NCBI GenBank assembly: GCA_016867495.1
Contig: VGJL01000005.1
Location: 720 to 64,719, forward strand
Reading direction: 5' to 3'
Length of the DNA stretch: 64,000 nucleotides
DNA from: Candidatus Eiseniibacteriota bacterium
Lineage (GTDB): Bacteria > Eisenbacteria > RBG-16-71-46 > CAIMUX01 > VGJL01
A program made the translations under genes and the position numbers. Within the stretch, counting starts at the first letter, position 1; every line of letters starts with the position of its first letter. The notes beneath the pieces are model-generated. The model did no database searches. It saw only the letters and a program-made list of their open reading frames with translations, and had not been told where the DNA came from. This document shows, piece after piece, positions 22,756-32,000 of the stretch.

Positions 22756-23522
22756 TGCCTAGGCCGGCGGCAATCGCCTTGATGGGGGCGGGGGGAAGGA
22801 TGGGGCAGGCCGTTGAGGCCATGCTGGCGAGGTGCGACGATCTCATCCTCGTCTTCCGCGCCGATCGCGCGCTCAAGGAGACCTCCGGTCCGCCGCGCTC
22901 GGGTCCGGACCTGATCTCGCTCGCCCCCGGACAGGTCGAGGGGATCATCGACTTCAGTCAGCCGGAGGGGACCGTCGCGGCCTCGGTGGCGGCGAGCCGC
23001 CTGGGTTGTCCCCTCGTCTCGGGGACGACAGGCCTGGATGACGATGCCTTCGCGGCGCTCAGGAGGGCCGCTCAGGACGTTCCTGTTTGCTGGTCTCCGA
23101 ACTTCAGCGTCGGAATCCCCTTTCTCGACGGCGCGCTGCGCGAGCTGGCCAGGCGATTGCCGCGGGGATGGCAGATCGAGATCGCGGAGACCCACCACGC
23201 TGGGAAGAGAGACGCGCCGAGCGGCACCGCCCTCAGACTCGCCCAGACCTGGCGTGACGAGAGGGGGGGAGAGATTCGCTATGGCAGGCACGGTCCGTCG
23301 GGGCCGCGTGGCGCGGCCGAGGTGGGGATTCACGCGCTGCGGCTGGGCGACGTGGTAGGCGAGCACCGCGTTCTGCTGGGCTGCTCGGGCGAGACGCTCG
23401 AGGTCGTCCACAGGGTGCAGGATCGGACCGCTTTCGCATCCGGAAGCGTCGAGGCCCTGCGCAGCCTCCTGCGCAAGGGCCCGGGGTGGTACGAGTGGAA
23501 CGATCTCGCTCGCGGGCTCTAG
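22756..23522 (+). CDS. dapB: 4-hydroxy-tetrahydrodipicolinate reductase
   Basis: N-terminal Rossmann GAGGRMG. PNFSVGI and EIAETHHAGKRDAPSGTA motifs. Confidence 0.85.
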
Positions 23523-23791
23523 GCCTTCGCTTTGGATCGCCCGACGCCAGCGGCCTTCTTCGCCAAACGGCTCTTCTGCCGATCGACGGTCTTCTTGTGG
23601 ATGACCCCCTTGCGGGCCGCGTTGTCGAGCGCGGACGACGCCGACTTGAGGAGATCGACGACCTTGCCCGGATCGGCCGATTGACGAAGGGCGCGCGTGA
23701 CCTTGCGGACCTTGCTCTTGACGGCGGCGTTTCGCTTTCGATCGCGCTCGTTCGTCTTCATCCTCTTCTTGGCCGACTTGTGATGGGGCAT
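23519..23791 (-). CDS. rpsT: 30S ribosomal protein S20
   Basis: MPHHKSAKKRMKTNERDRKRN... is a typical Lys/Arg-rich S20. AAGGGAGGAAG RBS. Real start is the internal Met of listed ORF 23519..23827. Confidence 0.9.
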   Translation of the reverse strand: MPHHKSAKKRMKTNERDRKRNAAVKSKVRKVTRALRQSADPGKVVDLLKSASSALDNAARKGVIHKKTVDRQKSRLAKKAAGVGRSKAKA

Positions 23792-23872
23792 CGCGGTGCT
23801 TCCTCCCTTTCTGTGGACTGACTCCACGCGGGGAGCTGCCGCCCCGCCGCTAGGACTCCTACCTTAGCCGAG

Positions 23873-25441
23873 ATGCGAAAGCTCGGTCAAGACAGCGCTC
23901 CCTTCCTGGCCATCCTGAGCGGGATTCTCTCAGCCCTCGCCTTTCCTCCCTTTCGGCTCGCCCCCCTCGTCTTCGTGGCCCCGGTTCCGCTTCTCTGGGG
24001 CCTGGCGCGCGCCCGGGGAGCCGGGCTTCGAAGCTCGTTCGTTCTCGGCTGGTGGGCGGCGTTCCTGCACTTCCTGATCGTCCTTCACTGGATCCTGGCT
24101 CTCCCCAGCGAGGAGGTGACGATCCCCGGCCTGATGATCCCCTCTCTGATCTTCATGTCCGCCTATCTCGCCCTCTACTTCGGCGCCGCCGCGGCGGTCG
24201 CCGTCTGGATCTCGAGACGGCTGGCGGTTCCCCTTGGGCTCATCTGGCCCGTGTTCGTGACGCTTGCGGACGTGGGACGATCGATCGGGGAGCTGGCATT
24301 CCCGTGGGCGTCCCCGGCCTACGCGCTTTCCCGCGATCCGGCGGTTCTCCAGTTTTCGACGGCGACGGGCTTCTGGGGGCTCTCGCTGTGGGTCGCATTG
24401 TGCGGCGGACTCCTCTACGAGTCTCTGACAGGCGCCCGACGCCTGCGCTTGCCCACGGGGATCGCGCTCGCGCTCCTGCTCCTCGCTCCGCGAGTTCATG
24501 GGATGCTGGCCCTCTCCTCCCGGGAGGCGCGGCCAGATGACGGCGCCGGCGTTCACGTCGTCATGCTTCAGCCGAACACGAGCCGAACGATCAAGTGGGA
24601 TCCTCGCTACAGGGAGATCGTGGTGGAGGATCTTCTGGAACGCACCAGGCGCGCCGCGGAACGCCGCCCCGACCTGATCGTCTGGCCGGAAACGGCCGCG
24701 CCGATCGTTCTGTTGCAAGAGCCCGAGTATCTCACGCGTGTCGTCGAGACGATACGGACCGTGGGAACCCCGGTCCTCCTCGGGACCCTCGATCACAGAC
24801 TGGAAGCGGGGAGCTACGTCGCCCACAACTCGGCGGCTCTCTTCGACTCCGGGGGCAACCTGGTCGACCGGTACGACAAACAGCGGCTGGTGCCGTTCTC
24901 GGAGCGGATGCCGTTTCAGGGCGTCAGCCCCCTGCTTGCGGGGCTCAACTTCGGCCAGTCGGACTTCACGCCCGGCGACCGGTATGTCCTCTTCCCCCTC
25001 GGTGGCGCGCGGATCGCCTGTCTGATCTGCTTCGAGTCGATCTTCCCGGATCTCGCGCGGAGGTTCGCGGACGAGGGAGCGAATCTGTTGCTGAACATAA
25101 CGAACGACTTCTGGTTCGGGGACAATGCCGCCCCGATTCAGCACGCGGAGATGGCGATCTTTCGAGCTGTCGAGACGCGCAGGCCCCTCCTCCGTTGCGC
25201 CAACACCGGGGTCTCGATGGTCGTCGACCCCTGGGGACGCGTCATCGAGGAAACGGACACGTTCGTCGAGGCGACAGTGGATAGGCGCGTCGCCCTGGGA
25301 TCGGGGGCGACCTTCTACGTCCGGCACGGCGAGTGGTTGTGCCGCGCCCTCGCCGCTCTGGCCATGGCGCTCGTGATATGTAGAATCATCGTGGGGAGGG
25401 CGCATTGGACTCCTACCAGGTTCAACACCGGATCCACCTGA
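23873..25441 (+). CDS. lnt: Apolipoprotein N-acyltransferase
   Basis: Polytopic N-terminal membrane domain plus C-terminal CN-hydrolase domain (ALFDSGGNLVDRYDKQRLVPFSE). Confidence 0.85.
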   Translation: MRKLGQDSAPFLAILSGILSALAFPPFRLAPLVFVAPVPLLWGLARARGAGLRSSFVLGWWAAFLHFLIVLHWILALPSEEVTIPGLMIPSLIFMSAYLALYFGAAAAVAVWISRRLAVPLGLIWPVFVTLADVGRSIGELAFPWASPAYALSRDPAVLQFSTATGFWGLSLWVALCGGLLYESLTGARRLRLPTGIALALLLLAPRVHGMLALSSREARPDDGAGVHVVMLQPNTSRTIKWDPRYREIVVEDLLERTRRAAERRPDLIVWPETAAPIVLLQEPEYLTRVVETIRTVGTPVLLGTLDHRLEAGSYVAHNSAALFDSGGNLVDRYDKQRLVPFSERMPFQGVSPLLAGLNFGQSDFTPGDRYVLFPLGGARIACLICFESIFPDLARRFADEGANLLLNITNDFWFGDNAAPIQHAEMAIFRAVETRRPLLRCANTGVSMVVDPWGRVIEETDTFVEATVDRRVALGSGATFYVRHGEWLCRALAALAMALVICRIIVGRAHWTPTRFNTGST

Positions 25442-26613
25442 AGCCGGGGCGGGAGGCCTCCGTGGCGGCCCGCCATCCTTGGGTCTTCTCGGGCGCCGTG
25501 GAGCGGGTGGAGTCGCTTGCGGGCGCCGTCGACGGCGGCGTGTGCGATCTCCTCGACGCCGAGGGCGGCTTTCGGGCCCGCGGCACCCTGCACCGCTCCT
25601 CGCAGATCCTCTGCCGCATCCTGACCTGGAAGGAGGAGCCGATAGACGACGCGTTCTTCGCGTCTCGCATCGCCGCGGCGGCCGCCCTGCGCGAGAGGTG
25701 GATCGATGCGGAGACAACAGACGCCTACAGGCTCGTCAATGCGGAGGGGGATCTCCTACCCGGCCTGATCGTCGATCGCTACGCGGACTATCTGGCCGTG
25801 CAATGCCTGACCTCGGGGATGTCGCATCTGGAGGCGCTCTGGTGCGGCGCTCTGGACCGGCTCCTCTCGCCGGCCGCGATCATCGATCGCACCGAGCGCG
25901 CAGTGCGGGATCCGGCGCTCGAAGGACGATGCCGGGCTCTGCGCGGGGGGATTCCCGAGGGGGCGATTCCGATCAAGGAGAATGGTCTCGCCTTTCGGGT
26001 CCGTCTTGATGCCGGCCAGAAGACAGGCTTCTACATAGATCAGAGGGAGAACAGGGCCCTCCTTGGGCGCCTTGCGCGGGGATGCGAGGTCTTGAACGGC
26101 TTCTCCTACACCGGCGCCTTCGGCGTCTACGCCGCGTGCGGGGGCGCGGCCAGAGTTGTCCAGGTCGAGTCGAGCGCTCCGGCGCTCGAGGAGGCAAGGG
26201 CTCACTGGCAGCAGAACGGCCTATCCGACGATCGTGTCGAGCACGTGAAGGACGATCTCTTCCGCTTCCTGAGGCGGGAGGAGCGGATGTTCGACATCGT
26301 GGTGCTCGATCCTCCGCCCTACGCGAAGCAGAAGGCGGATGTCGCGCGGGCGGCGCGGGCCTACAAGGACCTCAATCTCTGGGGGATGAGGAGGCTGCGG
26401 CCGGGCGGTCTGCTGATGAGCTTCTCCTGCTCCCAGCACATCTCTGTAGATCTCTTCCAGAAGATCCTCTTCGGGGCGACTCGCGATGCGGGCGTATCGC
26501 TCCAGTGGCTGAAACGCCTCGGCCCCGGCGCCGACCATCCCGTGCACGTCGACCATCCGCAAGGCGAGTACTTGAAGGGCTTCCTTCTACGAAGGCTCGA
26601 CGCCGGCGGTTAG
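25405..26613 (+). CDS. rlmI: 23S rRNA (cytosine-C5)-methyltransferase RlmI-like (PUA-like N-terminus plus class I SAM methyltransferase)
   Basis: HPWVFSGAVE, GLIVDRYADYLAVQ and VLDPPPYAK motifs typical of the RlmI/RlmK family. Overlaps the lnt 3' end by 37 nt. Confidence 0.7.
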   Translation: MDSYQVQHRIHLKPGREASVAARHPWVFSGAVERVESLAGAVDGGVCDLLDAEGGFRARGTLHRSSQILCRILTWKEEPIDDAFFASRIAAAAALRERWIDAETTDAYRLVNAEGDLLPGLIVDRYADYLAVQCLTSGMSHLEALWCGALDRLLSPAAIIDRTERAVRDPALEGRCRALRGGIPEGAIPIKENGLAFRVRLDAGQKTGFYIDQRENRALLGRLARGCEVLNGFSYTGAFGVYAACGGAARVVQVESSAPALEEARAHWQQNGLSDDRVEHVKDDLFRFLRREERMFDIVVLDPPPYAKQKADVARAARAYKDLNLWGMRRLRPGGLLMSFSCSQHISVDLFQKILFGATRDAGVSLQWLKRLGPGADHPVHVDHPQGEYLKGFLLRRLDAGG

Positions 26614-26627
26614 CGGGGACAATCGCG

Positions 26628-27290
26628 ATGACGCGCCGGGTCATGGAGACGCGCTGGCGGATCGCGAGGACCGAGGAGCGACTCTTCGCGCCCGGGCGGC
26701 GGCCGGAGGACGGTCTCCTGGCGGAGCACCTCGCCCGCTATCGCTTCCTCTCGGAACTCGTGGGGGGGCGGGTGCTCGACGTCGGCTGCGGGACCGGCTA
26801 CGGCGTTGCGGAGCTCGCTCGGGGCCCCATCGCTCGGGAGGTCGTGGGGATCGACGTCTCGGCCGACGCGATCGCCCTGGCGCGGCGCTACCATGCGCAT
26901 CCGAAGGCTTCATTCTCCCGAGTCGACATCGAGCAGGTCGGCTGGGAGAGAGGTCTGGGCGTCTTCGATGCCGTCACGGCGCTGGAGGTGCTGGAGCATC
27001 TGCATCATGAAGAGGCATTCTGGCAGGGGGTCGAGGCAACGCTGCATCCAGGCGGAGCGCTCTGGATCTCGACGCCGCTGGGCAGGGGAAGGGGCCTACC
27101 CGCGTCGGATCCGTTTCATGTGCATCAGATGAGGCGCGGTGAGATCGAGAGCCTCTTGCGGGCCGGCTGGGAGGCGCGCATCTACGGGCAGGCGGGACAG
27201 TGGATTGAACCCTGGACGGCGGGTCGGCGATACTACACCGTGCTGGCCAGGGCTCGCCGGCGGGCGGATGGGAGGTCTTCACGCGGATGA
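26628..27290 (+). CDS. Small class I SAM-dependent methyltransferase
   Basis: VLDVGCGTGYG SAM-binding motif I. Real start is the internal Met (MTRRVMETRW) of listed ORF 26082..27290, immediately after the rlmI stop. Confidence 0.55.
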   Translation: MTRRVMETRWRIARTEERLFAPGRRPEDGLLAEHLARYRFLSELVGGRVLDVGCGTGYGVAELARGPIAREVVGIDVSADAIALARRYHAHPKASFSRVDIEQVGWERGLGVFDAVTALEVLEHLHHEEAFWQGVEATLHPGGALWISTPLGRGRGLPASDPFHVHQMRRGEIESLLRAGWEARIYGQAGQWIEPWTAGRRYYTVLARARRRADGRSSRG

Positions 27291-28327
27291 GGAAGTGGAA
27301 CGTCGGAGTTGTCGGCGTCACCGGGGCGGTGGGCCGGACGATGCTCGCCTGCCTGCGGGAGGTCGACATGCCGATCGGATCCTTGCTGGGCTTCGCCTCC
27401 AGCAGGTCGGCCGGGTCGTATCTCCCCGAGGGGGGTCCGTGGGGGGAGGGGATCGAAGTCAATCTGCCGACGGAGCGCGCCCTGGCGGGACTCGATCTCG
27501 TGCTCCTCTCGGCGGGAGCCGCCGTCAGCGCGGAGATCGTGCCGATGGTGACGGCGATGGATGCCTGGGCGGTCGACAACTCGAGCGCCTTCCGGCTCGA
27601 CCCCGGGGTGCCGCTGATCGTCCCTGAGGTCAATGGCCGACGCATTCCCGACAGGCGCGGACCGATCGCCAATCCCAACTGCTCCGTCATCCAGATGGTC
27701 GTCGCGGTTTCTCCTCTCGCGGCCCGCTTCGGTCTCCGGCGAGTCCACGTCGCAACCTACCAGTCGGTCTCCGGGCGCGGCCAGAAGGGGGTGACGGCGC
27801 TGCGGGCGGAGCGCGGCGGAGCGCAGCCGGACGCGGGTGTGTTCCCCGACCGGATCGACGGGAACGTGATCCCGCAGTGCGACTCCTTCGTGGGCGAGGG
27901 TTTCACGCGCGAGGAGCAGAAGATGGTCCTGGAGACGCGCAAGATCCTCGAGCTGCCCGAGCTTCCTGTCCATCCCACGTGCGTTCGGGTCCCGGTCGAA
28001 GTCGGACACAGCGAGGCTGTCCATCTGGAGCTCGAGGAGCCCGCCAGCGTTGAGCAAGTGCGCGCGACGCTCGCCGGCCTCCCCGGAGTCAAGCTCCTCG
28101 ATGATCCCTCGGCCGAGATCTATCCGACCGCCAGGGCGGCGGCCGGAACCAACGAGGTCTGGGTCGGGCGGATTCGCGTCGATCGAAGCGATCCGAGGAT
28201 CCTCCAGCTATGGGTCGTCGCGGACAATCTCCGAAAGGGCGCGGCATGGAACGCGGTTCAGATCGCCTGCCTCCTCCACGCCCGCGAGACTGGACATGCC
28301 TGTCTACCGCTTGCTGCTCGAGTATGA
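27287..28327 (+). CDS. asd: Aspartate-semialdehyde dehydrogenase
   Basis: VGVVGVTGAVG N-terminus. Active-site NPNCSVIQMVVAVSPL. Confidence 0.9.
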   Translation: MRKWNVGVVGVTGAVGRTMLACLREVDMPIGSLLGFASSRSAGSYLPEGGPWGEGIEVNLPTERALAGLDLVLLSAGAAVSAEIVPMVTAMDAWAVDNSSAFRLDPGVPLIVPEVNGRRIPDRRGPIANPNCSVIQMVVAVSPLAARFGLRRVHVATYQSVSGRGQKGVTALRAERGGAQPDAGVFPDRIDGNVIPQCDSFVGEGFTREEQKMVLETRKILELPELPVHPTCVRVPVEVGHSEAVHLELEEPASVEQVRATLAGLPGVKLLDDPSAEIYPTARAAAGTNEVWVGRIRVDRSDPRILQLWVVADNLRKGAAWNAVQIACLLHARETGHACLPLAARV

Positions 28328-29042
28328 CGGGGCGTCCTACTTCGGCTGGCAAGCTCAGCCGAGTCTGCCCACCGTGCAGGGGGCGCTCGATCGCGCCCTG
28401 TCGATCCTGACGCGTGAGGCGATCCGCACGACCGGCGCAGGGCGGACCGACCGCGGAGTCCACGCAAGGGGGCAGGTCGCCAGCTTTCACTCAACGGCCC
28501 GGCTCGACTGCCGCCGGATCGCCGCCGGCATCAGGGGGATCTGCGGACCGATGATCCAGGTCAGGGTCATGGAGGAAGCCGACCCCGCCTTTCATGCGCG
28601 GCACGACGCCCGCTGGCGGGCCTACAGCTATCGTCTGCTCGAGCGGCCGTCGCCGCTCTGGCGCCACCATGCGCACTGTCCCCCCGCGTTGCCGGGGCTC
28701 GCCGAGCTGCGTGCGACAAGCGAGCCGCTCCTGGGTCGCCACGACTTCACTTCCTTCGCCAACGTCAGCGCGGACTCGGCCGACCCGAGCTGCGAAGTCC
28801 TCCACGCGGCATGGGAGAGCTGGGACCACGGCCTGCTCTTTCGCGTCCGCGCCGATCACTTCCTCTACAAGATGGTGAGAACGGTGGTCGGCACCCTGCT
28901 GCGCGAGGCGCTCCCGGGCGGAGGGGGGAGCGAGGCGATGAGGCGGATCATCGGTGCGCGTGACAGGCGTCTGGCGAGCGCTCCTCTGCCTCCGATGGGA
29001 CTCTGCCTCGAGGCTGTGGGATACGAGCCCCCGTGGCCCTAG
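28296..29042 (+). CDS. truA: tRNA pseudouridine(38-40) synthase
   Basis: MPVYRLLLEYDGASYFGWQAQ and RTDRGVHA catalytic Asp motif. Starts 32 nt inside the asd 3' end. Confidence 0.85.
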   Translation: MPVYRLLLEYDGASYFGWQAQPSLPTVQGALDRALSILTREAIRTTGAGRTDRGVHARGQVASFHSTARLDCRRIAAGIRGICGPMIQVRVMEEADPAFHARHDARWRAYSYRLLERPSPLWRHHAHCPPALPGLAELRATSEPLLGRHDFTSFANVSADSADPSCEVLHAAWESWDHGLLFRVRADHFLYKMVRTVVGTLLREALPGGGGSEAMRRIIGARDRRLASAPLPPMGLCLEAVGYEPPWP

Positions 29043-29087
29043 AGCGTTCTGATCGCGTCCGAGGGCGTGTCGAACGCCTCTGGACGA

Positions 29088-32000
29088 CTAGGGCGAGACG
29101 AAGATCCGCTTGTGCGACTTGCGTTCTCCGAGGCTCGTCACGATGACGTAGAATCCCGGCGCGACGGTCCGTCCGTCATCGTCGCGGCGATCCCAGGGAA
29201 CCGAGAGGGCGGCCGAGCCGGCCGCTGCATCGTCGAAGAGAGTCCTGACCTCTGTTCCGTGCAGGTCGTAGACGCGAATCAGCAGCCGCGCCGCGGCGTC
29301 GCCTGATGGAGTCTCGATCTCGAGGCGGCAGCGATCCTCCACCGGATGAGGGTAGGGTCCTCGCACGACAAGGCTCGCCCGCGCGGGCGGGGCGACAGGA
29401 CTGCTCAGGCTTCCCTCATTCCCCGCGAGATCGATCGCGCTGAGAGCGTAAGCCGCGCATCCCTCCGGCACGAGAGCCGTGGTCGTTTCCGGCGGCAGGG
29501 GGCTGTCGATGAGGCGGCCCCAGTTCTCTTCAGGCAGCTGCCCGTAGATCCAGTATCCCGCCAGATCGGGCGCCGGCGACGGGCGCCAGCTCAGTCGGAC
29601 CATCCCATTCGTCTCGCCCTGCTCGATCCGGAGGCCGTCCGGCGGATCGGGAGGGGAGAGGTCGCCCCCGGAGGTCGTGAACGAGATCGGATCCGAGAGG
29701 GCGGAGAAGAGGCCCTCGGCGCTGCGGACCCGCACCGCGATCCAGTATTCCGTGCCCGCCAGGAGGCCGCTGACTTCAGCCTCTTGACGATCGCTTCCGG
29801 CGCGCGGAGTCACGGCGATCTTCGCGAGCGCGGGCCATGATTCAGCGGTGATCGGCGCGACGGCGACCGCGAGCAGGCACGAGGCGGGAGGAAGCGTGTC
29901 GCCGTCGGCCGGCTCATGGAGCCAGTCGATGCGAGCCCTTCCTTGCCCGAGGACGAAGACGCGGAGGCTCTCGGCCGCGGCCGGCGGAACCGGCGTGTGG
30001 GGGAAGGTCCGGACGCGAATGCCCGTCGAGAGCGGAGAGATACGGCCTGCCGCGTCGACGGCGCGCAGCGCGATGGCGTGCTCCCGGCCCGCGGCGAGAC
30101 CCGTCACGCGGTGCGCCTGCTGCCGTCCGGGGAGGGCGGGGCGGGGAAGTCCTTCGGTCGACACAGCGGCGGCGTTCCAGTCTTCATGGCTCAGGAGCGG
30201 CGCCTCGATCCTCCGCCCTAGGACGTAGGCCTCGGCGATGCCGTCTAAGCTATCCTCGCCGACCGCGGTCCAGACGAGATCGACCCAATCGGGCCCGACC
30301 CGCGATGCCGCCAGGTCGGCGATCGGCGCGGGAGGAGGATCGAGGCCCTCCGGATCCCCTTCCTCGGCCGGAGCCGTCGTGACGAGAATCCCGGAGCCGA
30401 TCGGGCTCAAGGCGGCCGGAGCGATCTCGGAGCGCACGGCCATCGAATAGATGCTGGAAGGGCGCAGGGCCCCGATCCTCGCCGTCGCTTCCGATCCGGG
30501 AGACGCGGGATCGGGCAGCCCTTCGGTTCTGATCTCCGCGTGGGACCAGTCGGCCTCCGTCGCGATTACCTGCGCTCCGGCAAGGATGCCCAAGCGATAG
30601 CCCCTGATCGCTCCCCCCGGCGGATCGGTCTCGGGTGCGCTCCATCTCAGATCGCACCAGTCTTCCCCTTGAGCCGGACTGGTCAGATCGAGAATCGGGA
30701 ACGCGGTGACGCTCGCCGATGGCGGCGTCGTCCAGCGGAGGGGATTCGACAGGCCTCCCATCTGGGCGGAGTCATCCACGGCGCGGACGGCGAGCGCGTA
30801 GCCCCTCGCCTCCTGAAGGCCCCGCAGGGTCCACTCCTCCCTGGTTCCCGGGGGAGCCGGGACGGGCGGAGGCGGCTGCTCCACGACCTCTGCCAGCAGC
30901 CAGTCGTCCTCCGTCTCGATGGGCGCGTCGGTTCTCAGCCTCACCTCGTAGCGCGATGCCCGTCCCGACTCCCCCTCGTCCCCTGGAGCCGTCCAAGCGA
31001 GGCGCGCCGAGTCGCTCCACGAAGCGACGAGGACGAAGTCGCTGATCGCGGCGGGCGGTGAAGGAGGGAGCGCCGGCGTGGAGGTCGTCGCCCGGACGAT
31101 GTTCGAGGGGAGCGAGAGGTTCCCGGCCTCGTCCTCGCAGCGCAGGACGAAGGCGTAGGAGGTCGAAGGGGCGAGCCGAGCCACGGCGACGGAGTCGGCC
31201 GTCCCCGACTCCGCGGGGTAGGGGAGCGGCGCGTAAGCCTCGCCTTCCTCCCAGATCCTCTCGTCCGCAAGGGAGGTCGAAGCGATGCGGAGGTGGTAGC
31301 GGACGATGGCCGCCCTCTTGCCCCTGTCCGAGGGGACCGTCCAGAGAAGGGTGACCGAGGCGGAGTCGACCCTGGCCGCGCGCGCATCGAGAATCGGATC
31401 GGGCGGGATCGTGTCGGGTCTCTCCGTGAACGCCGTCTGGAGCAGGAGCGCCGCGCCCAGGGGACCGATGTTCCCCGCCTCATCGACGGCGCGGAGGGCG
31501 ATCCCATACTCGCTTGCCGGACGGAGAGCGCCGATCTCCCCTTGCTGTAGCGCTCCCGAGGAGTCGGGGGCCGGGAAACGGAGACGATCGGGGACTCCGG
31601 CCCGCGCCCACGCCTCCTCGCTCTCGATCGCTTCGCCTTCGAGGATGCGGGCCTCGTAGCGGGCCGCCCTGCCCGCGCTCCCGTCGTCGCCCGTCGCGGT
31701 CCACTGGAGAACCGCATGCGTGTCGCTCACGGAGGCCGCCAGGAGGGCGCTCAGGACTCCCGGGGGCGTGGTGTCGATCTCGGGCGGGGGCGCGCTCGGA
31801 CCGGCGCGCGCGAGAACGGGATTCGAGAGGGCGCCGAGGTTGCCGGCCTCGTCATACGCGCGGAGGGCGACGCCGTACTGCATGCCCGGAAGAAGGGAGG
31901 CTAGGCTGCAGGCCTGCGCGGCGCCGGGATCGGCCGGCGCGGGCGGATCTCCAACCTCGGTCGCCTCGAGCCAATCTGCCTCCGTGAGGATTTCCCGCCC

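Noticed and set aside
29043-29087. Convergent gap between truA and the giant gene taken as an intrinsic terminator
   Set aside because: Only an imperfect inverted repeat (gtccgagggcg / cgcctctggac with three mismatches) and no T-tract. It is too weak to call.
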